A DNA stretch of 37,612 nt. Origin: an uncultured Lentisphaera sp. (GTDB lineage Bacteria; Verrucomicrobiota; Lentisphaeria; Victivallales; GWF2-50-93). The first letter of the stretch is position 1. The number at the start of each line of letters is the position of its first letter. The position numbers and the translations under genes were made by a program. The stretch covers positions 1 through 37,612 of the forward strand of contig CAZGJP010000003.1 of assembly GCA_964526605.1 (NCBI GenBank), in the 5' to 3' direction. Positions 10,296 to 17,629 of the stretch are shown here, piece by piece. The notes below the pieces were generated by a model, which had not been told where the DNA came from, searched no databases, and saw only the letters and a program-made list of their open reading frames with translations.

Positions 10296-11396
10296 CTAGT
10301 TCTTCCGGCTCTTCAGCCAGGCTTCCACAAAGATGTCGATTTCCCCGTCGAGGACGGCGGCCGTGTTGCCTGTCTCCACGTCGGTCCTCGTATCCTTCAC
10401 GAGCTGGTATGGATGCAGGACGTATGATCTTATCTGGCTTCCCCATGCGATTTCCGACTGCTGCCCCTTTATGCGGTCCGCCTCCTTCTTGCGCTTCTCC
10501 TCCTCTATCTCGTAGAGCTTGGCCTTGAGCATCTTCATCGCGGTGGCGCGGTTCTTGTGCTGCGAACGCTCCATCTGGCAGGACACCACGGTCCCGGTGG
10601 GGAGATGCGTTATCCTGATCGCGCTGTCGGTCCTGTTCACGTGCTGGCCGCCGGCTCCGCTTGCCCTGTAGGTGTCCACCTTCAGATCCTTCTCCTCCAC
10701 CTCTATCTCGATATCGTCGTCCAGTTCGGGGAAGACCTCGACCGCCGCGAAGGAGGTATGGCGGCGGGCGTTGCTGTCGAATGGGGATATGCGAACGAGC
10801 CTGTGCACTCCGCGCTCGGCCCTGAGGTAGCCGTAGGCGAAACTGCCCTTCACGAGCATGGTTATGCCCTTTATTCCCGCCTCGTCCCCGGGTTGCGTGT
10901 CTATGACTTCCGTCTCAAAGCCCTTGTTCTCGAACCATCTGCGATACATCCTCAGAAGTATGGACGCCCAGTCGCAGGACTCGGTCCCTCCCGCGCCGGC
11001 GTGTATCGAAAAATACGCGTTGTTGCCGTCGAACTTTCCGGACAGGAAGCTTATAAGCTCGAAGTTGGCGAGGTTGGCGGAGAGCTTCGTCCAAGCCTTT
11101 TCGGCCTCCGGCAGGCTGGTCTCGTCGGAGGCCTCGAGGATCAGCTCGGCCAACGCGCAGAACTCGTCGGTCTCGCGCGAGAGGCTCTCGAAGGAATCCA
11201 CTATCTTCTTGCAGAGGCTCAGTTTTGACATCTTCTCCTGGGCCCTCTCGCGGTTGTCCCAGAAGTCCGGAGCGCTCATCTCCACTTCGATGGAGGCCTT
11301 CTCCGACATCCTCTTCTCTATGTCCAGAAAGCCGCGCAGGTGCTCCACCCTGCTCCGGCTGTCGGACAGATTCTTCTTTAGCTCGTCAATGGTCAT
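10296..11396 (-). CDS. prfB: peptide chain release factor 2, encoded in a single frame (no programmed +1 frameshift)
   Basis: 366 aa. RF2-specific 'SPF' ('RISPFDSNARRHTSF') and 'SGAGGQHVNRTDSAIRITH'. Around codon 25 the sequence reads CTG CGC GGC TTT CTG GAC ATA (LRGFLDI), uninterrupted. Confidence 0.93.
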   Translation of the reverse strand: MTIDELKKNLSDSRSRVEHLRGFLDIEKRMSEKASIEVEMSAPDFWDNRERAQEKMSKLSLCKKIVDSFESLSRETDEFCALAELILEASDETSLPEAEKAWTKLSANLANFELISFLSGKFDGNNAYFSIHAGAGGTESCDWASILLRMYRRWFENKGFETEVIDTQPGDEAGIKGITMLVKGSFAYGYLRAERGVHRLVRISPFDSNARRHTSFAAVEVFPELDDDIEIEVEEKDLKVDTYRASGAGGQHVNRTDSAIRITHLPTGTVVSCQMERSQHKNRATAMKMLKAKLYEIEEEKRKKEADRIKGQQSEIAWGSQIRSYVLHPYQLVKDTRTDVETGNTAAVLDGEIDIFVEAWLKSRKN

Positions 11397-11408
11397 TTGA
11401 TTATTTTC

Positions 11409-11436
11409 TTGAAATTGAAGACAAAACCATTAATAT
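11409..11436 (+). promoter_or_regulatory. candidate sigma70-type promoter (TTGAAA-N16-TAATAT) for the M42 peptidase gene
   Basis: TTGAAA at 11409-11414, a 16-nt spacer, TAATAT at 11431-11436. GGAGA sits about 7 nt upstream of the ATG at 11462. Lies in the 65-nt divergent region between prfB and the peptidase gene. Sequence pattern only. Confidence 0.4.
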
Positions 11437-11461
11437 ATCACGAAAAACGCGGAGATGAAAT

Positions 11462-12529
11462 ATGTTTTCGAAAAAGAGCCTTGATTTTCTGTCGGAGCTT
11501 CTCAACAGCTACGGGCCATCCGGTTTCGAAATCGAGACGGCCTCGGTCTTCTCCAAATATCTGAAGGAATACGCGGACGACGTCAGATGCGATGTAACTG
11601 GCAACAGCATAGCGGCCCTGAATCCGAAGGCGGATTTCAAGGTGATGATGGCTGGACACTACGACGAGATCGGTTTCCAGGTCGTGCACGTCTCCGACGA
11701 GGGCCTTGTCTATTTCAGGAACGTCGGAGGTATTGACAAGCTCACCGTCCCAGGGACGGAGGTGGTGGTGATCAACGAGAGGGGCAAGGTCCCTGGTGTG
11801 ATAGGAAAGAAGCCGATACATCTGCAGGAGACGAAGGACAGGGATGCTGCCATCGAGCTCAAGAACCTGTGGATAGACATCGGAGCGGAGAGCAAGAAGG
11901 AGGCGCTCAAGCTTGTCGCCGTCGGAGACCCGGTCGCATACCGCGCGAATTTCGCGAGAATGGGCAGGAACAGGATATTCTCCAAGGGCATGGACGACAA
12001 GATAGGCGCCTTCGTGGTCGCCGAGGCGTTCAGGGAGATATCCGAATCCGGGACGAGGACGGGGGTCTACTCGGTCGGAACCGTCCAGGAGGAGCTCGGG
12101 CTCAGAGGGGCGCACACCAGCGCGTTCGGGATAGCCCCCCAGGTCGGTTTCGCGGTTGACGTGACTTTCGCGACTGACACGCCGGACGTCGAGAAGAAGA
12201 CCATAGGCGACATCAGGCTCGGGAAGGGCCCGGTGCTGAGCCGGAACGCCGACACCAACCCCGTGCTTCTGAAGAAGATAAAGGAGGCGGCGAGAAAAAG
12301 AAAGATCTCCTTCCAGGAGGAGGCTGGATTCAGGGCGAGCGGCGGGACCGACACCAGCGTCATTCAACTCACGCGCTCGGGCGTGGCGGCGGCGCTCGTC
12401 AGCATCCCGAACAGATACATGCACACGCAGGTCGAGATATGCGACCTTCGCGACGTCGAGGCGGCGGTGAGACTGCTCAAGGAGACGATACTGTCGCTGA
12501 AGCCGGGAGATTCCTTCATCCCGCGATGA
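11462..12529 (+). CDS. M42 family metallo-aminopeptidase (FrvX/PepA-like)
   Basis: 355 aa. 'GPSGFE', 'MMAGHYDEIGFQV', 'KGMDDKIGAFVV', 'VGTVQEELGLRGA', 'IPNRYMHT' are all typical of M42 peptidases. Confidence 0.88.
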   Translation: MFSKKSLDFLSELLNSYGPSGFEIETASVFSKYLKEYADDVRCDVTGNSIAALNPKADFKVMMAGHYDEIGFQVVHVSDEGLVYFRNVGGIDKLTVPGTEVVVINERGKVPGVIGKKPIHLQETKDRDAAIELKNLWIDIGAESKKEALKLVAVGDPVAYRANFARMGRNRIFSKGMDDKIGAFVVAEAFREISESGTRTGVYSVGTVQEELGLRGAHTSAFGIAPQVGFAVDVTFATDTPDVEKKTIGDIRLGKGPVLSRNADTNPVLLKKIKEAARKRKISFQEEAGFRASGGTDTSVIQLTRSGVAAALVSIPNRYMHTQVEICDLRDVEAAVRLLKETILSLKPGDSFIPR

Positions 12530-12558
12530 CATGAAAACGGGTTCTGCGTTCGGCCCTC

Positions 12559-12586
12559 TTGAATTAAGCCGACGCGGTGATATTGT
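12559..12586 (+). promoter_or_regulatory. candidate promoter TTGAAT-N16-TATTGT (TG-extended -10) upstream of the FHA-protein gene
   Basis: TTGAAT at 12559-12564, TATTGT at 12581-12586, preceded by 'TGa'. It has the same hexamers, the same spacing and a shared 'CGCGGTG' spacer as the site at 16422-16449. Confidence 0.4.
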
Positions 12587-12648
12587 ATCTCCACCCAGGC
12601 GAGCGCGGACAAGCGCTCAAGTTCCGAACTTTTGCGACAGGAGACAGC

Positions 12649-13569
12649 GTGGGCGCCTTTCTCTCATGCCCGTTCTGCGAGGCCGTCGTCCCGGACGGCA
12701 GCCTGAACTGTCCGGTCTGCGGGGAGGACATCCGCATCGCCATACTTGTGTGCTCCATGCCGTCGCCGGAGATTCCCGCGGGGACCTCCTGGATTCTCGG
12801 ACCGCGCAACTACATTGCCGGAAGGGATCCATCGTGCGACATTCTCCTCCCCGACCCGCAGGCGTCCAAGACCCACTTCCAGATGATCTATTCCGACGGC
12901 AGATTCAGGATAAAGCCCGTCGGGCGTAATTTCCCGGACAGCGGCGGGAAGGTGGACGTGAAGAACATCCACGCCGGTGGTGCGAGGCTGTCGCTATCCT
13001 ACATCAGGGACGAGGACTTTTCGAAATACAATCTGAACTCCGCGCGGGCCTTCAGAATCGCCTTCAGCGCGGCCGCGGCGATAGACGGAATGGACGATCC
13101 GGCGGAAATAGCCGTCGCGGCGACAGACGCGGTCCTCAAGATGTCCGGAATGGAGAAGGGATATTTCTTCAAGATAATCCCGGAGGCGGACGGAGAATGC
13201 TCCTTCGAGTTTCTCGCCGCGAGGACCAGCGTGATGGGAGACCTCGACAGCCGCTTCTGCCCCGTAAGCACCCAGTTCTGCCGCAAGCTCTTCGAAAGCA
13301 AGGATGGCATAGTCCTCATAAAGCCCGAAAAACTCCCCGCCGCCATGCTGAGCTCGTCAATAAAACGGTTGAACCTGCAGATCATCCTCGGGTTGAAGTT
13401 CGCGAACCCGGAAGGCGAGCCACGGGCGATGATCTATGCCGACAGCAGCCACAGCCACACCGCGGAGATATTCGACCACTACCGCCCGGCCCTCGCGATT
13501 TTAGCAAGGATGCTCGCCCGCAGGATCTCGGGATTGCGGCAGGAGGAGCAAGCTCTGGAGCGCGAATAG
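12649..13569 (+). CDS. zinc-ribbon + FHA-like domain protein with an uncharacterised C-terminal domain
   Basis: 'CPFCEAVVPDGSLNCPVCGEDI' is a CxxC-x10-CxxC zinc ribbon. 'WILGPRNYIAGRDPSCDILLPDPQASKTHFQMIY' resembles an FHA core. The C-terminal ~170 aa is not recognised (GAF-like at best). Preferred start is the GTG at 12649, with AGGAG about 6 nt upstream. The track ORF starts at 12577. Confidence 0.6.
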   Translation: MGAFLSCPFCEAVVPDGSLNCPVCGEDIRIAILVCSMPSPEIPAGTSWILGPRNYIAGRDPSCDILLPDPQASKTHFQMIYSDGRFRIKPVGRNFPDSGGKVDVKNIHAGGARLSLSYIRDEDFSKYNLNSARAFRIAFSAAAAIDGMDDPAEIAVAATDAVLKMSGMEKGYFFKIIPEADGECSFEFLAARTSVMGDLDSRFCPVSTQFCRKLFESKDGIVLIKPEKLPAAMLSSSIKRLNLQIILGLKFANPEGEPRAMIYADSSHSHTAEIFDHYRPALAILARMLARRISGLRQEEQALERE

Positions 13570-13640
13570 CCCCCGTCCTCCTCGGACGGCAGCCATCGCG
13601 ACCACACGGAAGAATTTTCCATGAAAATCGCGACCACCCC

Positions 13641-13669
13641 TTGACTTTCCGCCGGACACGATGTATAAT
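13641..13669 (+). promoter_or_regulatory. near-consensus sigma70 promoter TTGACT-N17-TATAAT
   Basis: TTGACT at 13641-13646, a 17-nt spacer, TATAAT at 13664-13669. It is 38 nt upstream of the regulator ATG at 13708. Confidence 0.6.
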
Positions 13670-13706
13670 TGCCACAGTTAAATAAATAATATGGCAACTG
13701 TGGCAA
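13669..13706 (+). promoter_or_regulatory. perfect 11-bp inverted repeat TTGCCACAGTT-N16-AACTGTGGCAA (candidate operator or 5'-UTR hairpin)
   Basis: Arms at 13669-13679 and 13696-13706 are exact reverse complements. The left arm abuts and overlaps the last base of the -10 box. The right arm ends 1 nt before the ATG at 13708. Confidence 0.55.
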
Positions 13707-13707
13707 A

Positions 13708-14796
13708 ATGACAGTCTGCGAGAAAATAGCTTCCGGGATAAAGTCCGGGCTGGCCTCCGGGGCCTACTCTCCTGGCGCGGGTTTGCCGTCCATAAGGCGG
13801 CTTGCGGAATCCTTTGGGGCGAGTCCGAGGACTGTGCAGAAGGCGGTGAACGGGCTGAAGTTGGAGGGATTTATCGCGAGCAGTCCCGGCCGCGGCCTGT
13901 TTCCGTCGCGTTCCGAGCGCCGTGGGGACGGAATTCTTTTCGTGACTCCGTGTTTTCGCGGCGAGCTGTCGCCCGGGAACTATGCGGGGAACATTTTCCA
14001 GATGTTCCGGGAGAGGCTTCCGGCCGTCAGGAGGAGCCGTGTCAAGGCGCTTGCGCTCGGGAACATGGATGCTGCTGGGATAATCAGGGAGCTGGACGCC
14101 ATCAGGCCTTCCATGCTGGTCATGTTCGAGGTTGGCAACGACTATCTTCTCGTGCAGCTCAAGAGCGAGTTCAACCTGCCGATGCTGTCGCTGGACCACG
14201 ATGCCAGCCGTTTCGGGATGCCGTCGGTCATCCACGACAATCTCCGTGGAGCTTCGCTGGCTGTTGGGCATCTTGTCTCGAGGGGGCACCGCAGGATATT
14301 GGCGGTGGCGTCGGGCGACTACCGGCGTCAGGGGGACAATCAGTTCATTGACGCCGTATCCATCGATAGGATGTCCGGCTACAGGCTGGCGATGCTGGAA
14401 CGCGGTCTCGAACCGGAAATTGCACGGCTTCCATCGTCATGGCTTCCGGAATTCGAGAAGGATCTTTCCGCCATCTTGAAGAGGAGGGATTTCACGGCTG
14501 TCTTCTGTCCGAACAACTACGTGCTCAAGCGGGTGGCGGAGTCCGCGCTGGCGGAGGGGATCAAGATTCCGCAGGATCTAAGCCTGGTCGGCTTCCACCA
14601 TCATCAGGAATACATAGGATCGCGGAAGGTATCGTATGTGAAGGCCGACATGAGGGAGATGTCGGCCCGTGGAGCCGCCTACGCGAAAAGGATGCTGGAA
14701 GGCAAGCGGCCTGCATTCGAGCCGGATGTGATAGGCATGGAGCTGGTGAAGGGAGAAACTGTCGTCGATATGGAAAAAAAACGGAGGGCAACATGA
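13708..14796 (+). CDS. hybrid transcriptional regulator: GntR-type winged HTH + LacI-type (PBP1) sugar-binding domain
   Basis: N-terminal '[40 protein letters not shown]' is a GntR HTH. The C-terminal part, '[29 protein letters not shown]' and '[32 protein letters not shown]', looks like a LacI-family effector domain. Its stop overlaps the next start (ATGA at 14793-14796). Confidence 0.82.
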   Translation: MTVCEKIASGIKSGLASGAYSPGAGLPSIRRLAESFGASPRTVQKAVNGLKLEGFIASSPGRGLFPSRSERRGDGILFVTPCFRGELSPGNYAGNIFQMFRERLPAVRRSRVKALALGNMDAAGIIRELDAIRPSMLVMFEVGNDYLLVQLKSEFNLPMLSLDHDASRFGMPSVIHDNLRGASLAVGHLVSRGHRRILAVASGDYRRQGDNQFIDAVSIDRMSGYRLAMLERGLEPEIARLPSSWLPEFEKDLSAILKRRDFTAVFCPNNYVLKRVAESALAEGIKIPQDLSLVGFHHHQEYIGSRKVSYVKADMREMSARGAAYAKRMLEGKRPAFEPDVIGMELVKGETVVDMEKKRRAT

Positions 14797-15782
14797 GAAA
14801 ATTCACTCTGATCGAGCTGTTGGTGGTAATCGCGATAATCGCGATTCTCGCCGCCCTGCTCCTACCCGCGCTGAGGGAGGCGCAGTATCACGCGAAGACG
14901 ACGGTCTGCCTGAGCCAGGTGAAGCAGCAGATGACGGCGGCGCACACCTATGCTTCGGACTACGACGGCTTTGTGTATCCGAAATGCACGGACATATTCG
15001 GCTACAATTTCGACTGGACGTGGGCTTCGGACTATCTCGGGACTTCCGCAGTGATGCACTGTCCCTGCCATCCGAAGTCGCCGATCAAGTTCGTGAACGG
15101 GACGAAATACGCCTGGAGGCCGAAGGGGCCGTCGGCGGTTCCCGCCGGCAGCGACGCGGGCAAGCCCGGATGCAGGTGGATATACGACTCGTCCAGCGGG
15201 CTTACCTGGCATATGGACTGGTATGACTCTGCGACAAACACTCCGAACACGTCGGGGTATTCTTCGGAGTATAATTGCGACTACAATTTCCGGACTCCCT
15301 ACGTCAGCATTCCCTTCAAGAACAAGAGCAGGATACTTCCGACGGGATCGAGGATGAAGGATTGCGCCGATCTTGCCGGAATAGCCTGCGGGGTCTATCT
15401 CGCGTCGAGATACTTCTACCACGAGTTTGGCTCGAACACGTGGCCGAACACCATGATGGAGGTGGTGCTGAATGCGAAGTCCAAGTCCCTGGCGCACAGG
15501 AAGGGGTTCAATGTGGGGATGTTCGACGGTTCGGCCAAGTACGAGCAGTTCCAGACGGGGGCGCACCAGCATCTGAGATATGGGTTGCTTGTGAAGCAAT
15601 TCTCGATGTGGGACAGGAGGGTAGCAGTGTGCAGGGAGTTCAACGTTAACAACGTGGACTGCGCCGTGGAGGGCTCGGCCGACCCGCAGAACAAGTCGCA
15701 TTCGGCGTGGAAGTGGAGGAGCGGATACGCTGAGATGAGCGAAACCACGCTGCCGACATACTACAAGCTGTGGTTCCCATGA
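14793..15782 (+). CDS. prepilin-type N-terminal cleavage/methylation domain protein with H-X9-DG motif (DUF1559-like pseudopilin)
   Basis: '[27 protein letters not shown]' is a class III (type IV pilin-like) leader. '[13 protein letters not shown]' is H-X9-DG. The true start is the ATG at 14793, in frame within track ORF 14439-15782. Confidence 0.9.
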   Translation: MRKFTLIELLVVIAIIAILAALLLPALREAQYHAKTTVCLSQVKQQMTAAHTYASDYDGFVYPKCTDIFGYNFDWTWASDYLGTSAVMHCPCHPKSPIKFVNGTKYAWRPKGPSAVPAGSDAGKPGCRWIYDSSSGLTWHMDWYDSATNTPNTSGYSSEYNCDYNFRTPYVSIPFKNKSRILPTGSRMKDCADLAGIACGVYLASRYFYHEFGSNTWPNTMMEVVLNAKSKSLAHRKGFNVGMFDGSAKYEQFQTGAHQHLRYGLLVKQFSMWDRRVAVCREFNVNNVDCAVEGSADPQNKSHSAWKWRSGYAEMSETTLPTYYKLWFP

Positions 15783-15841
15783 TCCGCAAGTCCATTTCAT
15801 GGAATTCCTGATGCATTGGATATGAAGGAGATACGCAAGCC

Positions 15842-16348
15842 ATGAAAGTCTTCCACTGGTTCAGAGCGATGATAGAGGCTGCGCTGAGGCCGATACCCTA
15901 TCAGACCGGCATATTCCTGCGCAGGATGTTCTACAGGGTCTTCTTCGGAAAGGACATCAGGGTCGCGGACTACGCCTTCATGACGCACGTGCACAAGATA
16001 GACATAGACAGCAGCTCCCTGATCGGCAGGTGCTCGGACATCAACGCCTGCGGCGGACTCAAGATCGGCAAATACGTCGGGATGGGCCCCTACGTCATAA
16101 TCAGGACCAACGACCATCAATACCGCAACAGGGACATGAGGAAGAACCGGACAAGCTACGTCTACGCGCCAGTCGAGATAGGCGACGGCGTGTGGATAGG
16201 GGCGAACTCATGCATACTCAAGGGCGTCACCATAGGTTCGCACTCCGTGGTCGGAGCAGGGAGCGTGGTGACCAAGAGCATACCGCCGAACTCGCTCGCC
16301 GTCGGAAACCCGGCGAAGGTGATAAAGACCTTCGATCTCGAGGACTGA
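15842..16348 (+). CDS. hexapeptide-repeat (left-handed beta-helix) acyl/acetyltransferase
   Basis: 168 aa. '[50 protein letters not shown]' is the canonical LbH O-acetyltransferase C-terminus (LacA/Maa/WbbJ-like). GAAGGAGA lies upstream. Confidence 0.85.
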   Translation: MKVFHWFRAMIEAALRPIPYQTGIFLRRMFYRVFFGKDIRVADYAFMTHVHKIDIDSSSLIGRCSDINACGGLKIGKYVGMGPYVIIRTNDHQYRNRDMRKNRTSYVYAPVEIGDGVWIGANSCILKGVTIGSHSVVGAGSVVTKSIPPNSLAVGNPAKVIKTFDLED

Positions 16349-16421
16349 AGCTGGCCTCGGAGTGAATTCCCGCCGCGCCTCCGCGCCCGGAGCATCACCA
16401 GGACACGCTCCTTCACACATG

Positions 16422-16449
16422 TTGAATTCCCATGACCGCGGTGTATTGT
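16422..16449 (+). promoter_or_regulatory. candidate promoter TTGAAT-N16-TATTGT upstream of the second hybrid regulator
   Basis: TTGAAT at 16422-16427 and TATTGT at 16444-16449. The 8-bp palindrome ACAATTGT follows at 16451-16458. Twin of the site at 12559-12586. Confidence 0.35.
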
Positions 16450-16500
16450 TACAATTGTCCTTTCAAATTGGAACACGCTTGTGGTTACAACAATGGAACA

Positions 16501-17592
16501 ATGGAGCCGCCGATGAAGAAGAAGTCCAAGGTCGAGCCGCTGATAAGGGACTGGATACTGAACCGGATAAGGGGTTTCAAGCCGTCCGATCCCCTGCCGA
16601 CGATAAGGAGGATATCGGAGGAGATGGACGTGAGCCCGACGTCTGTCCAGAAGGTGGTGAATCAGCTCAAGAAGGAGGGCTTGATAGATTCGTATGTTGG
16701 CAAGGGGATGTTCCTGAGGCCCCGGGCCTATGTGGGGCAGAGGAAGCTTGTCTTCGTGTCGAACTATCCGGACAAGGACGTCCATGGCTCTGGTGGATAC
16801 CCCTATCCACAGATTGAAAGACTGCGCTCCGCCTTGACCAAGGCCGGATGCAAATTCGAGATCATGGACATTTCCGGCTGCGCCAACTCCGAGATTCCCG
16901 AGAGGATAAGGAAGGGCGGCTTCGCCGGGATAGTGCTCCTCGAAGCGTCCGACGACCATCTCCTCATGAACATCCAGAAGCTCATGATTCCAGTTGTCTC
17001 GATGGACTACGACGCCTCCCATCTGGGAATTCCGTCGGTCATCTTCGACAACGGGTGGGGAGCGTTCAAGATAACCAAGCATCTGATATCCGAGGGGCAC
17101 AGGAGGATACTCGCGATGACATGCGACAGCGCGGAAAGGGCTGGGGCGAGCAAGTTCAGGGATCCTTCCGACGAGCTGCGCATCAACGGATACAGGTATG
17201 CGATGATGGATTCGGGGCTGGAGCCGGAGATCATATCGTTCCCGCAGAACAAGGAGGGCCTGAAGAACAAGTTCTTTGCTCTCATGGCGCGGAAGAACCG
17301 CCCGACGGCTCTCTTCATATACCAGGCATTCCTGGCGGAAAGGATAGTCGGCATACTCAAGGATGGCAGCTACAGGATACCGGAGGACATCAGCATTGTC
17401 ACCGTCGGAGCGGAGAAGGCCCAATTCGAGGAGGGGAGGAAATACTCGTGCGTCGCATTCGACGACGTGGAGATGGGGCAGAAGGCGGCTGAATTCATGC
17501 TCGCCCTTCTGGACGACCGGCCGGCTGGCACGGACAGGCACGTCGTGGAGGCGAGGATAGTCATAGCCGAATCCACGCGGAGCCTGCCCTGA
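16501..17592 (+). CDS. hybrid transcriptional regulator: GntR-type winged HTH + LacI-type (PBP1) sugar-binding domain (paralogue of 13708-14796)
   Basis: 'LPTIRRISEEMDVSPTSVQKVVNQLKKEGLIDSYVGKGMF' and 'PSVIFDNGWGAFKITKHLISEGHRRILAM'. Same architecture and length as the first regulator. Start is the ATG at 16501 or at 16513. The track ORF begins at 16432. Confidence 0.8.
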   Translation: MEPPMKKKSKVEPLIRDWILNRIRGFKPSDPLPTIRRISEEMDVSPTSVQKVVNQLKKEGLIDSYVGKGMFLRPRAYVGQRKLVFVSNYPDKDVHGSGGYPYPQIERLRSALTKAGCKFEIMDISGCANSEIPERIRKGGFAGIVLLEASDDHLLMNIQKLMIPVVSMDYDASHLGIPSVIFDNGWGAFKITKHLISEGHRRILAMTCDSAERAGASKFRDPSDELRINGYRYAMMDSGLEPEIISFPQNKEGLKNKFFALMARKNRPTALFIYQAFLAERIVGILKDGSYRIPEDISIVTVGAEKAQFEEGRKYSCVAFDDVEMGQKAAEFMLALLDDRPAGTDRHVVEARIVIAESTRSLP

Positions 17593-17629
17593 GCCCAACG
17601 TAAAAACACGAATCGAAGGAGATGTGGAA

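Noticed and set aside
11300-11345. I looked for the programmed +1 frameshift site (CUU UGA C after an internal SD) that interrupts prfB in many bacteria.
   Set aside because: The sequence reads CTG CGC GGC TTT CTG GAC ATA in one continuous frame, and the 366-aa product is full length. Frameshift-less prfB is common, so this is not an anomaly.
11438-12532. 364-aa ORF on the minus strand exactly covering the M42 peptidase gene. Similar long antisense ORFs occur at 16162-17778 (538 aa), 21406-22512 (368 aa), 34078-36027 (649 aa) and 14862-15800 (312 aa).
   Set aside because: Their translations are Arg/Pro/Gly/His-rich and low in complexity, with no recognisable motifs. The opposite strand in each case encodes a protein with clear family signatures. 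They are typical shadow ORFs of GC-rich coding DNA.
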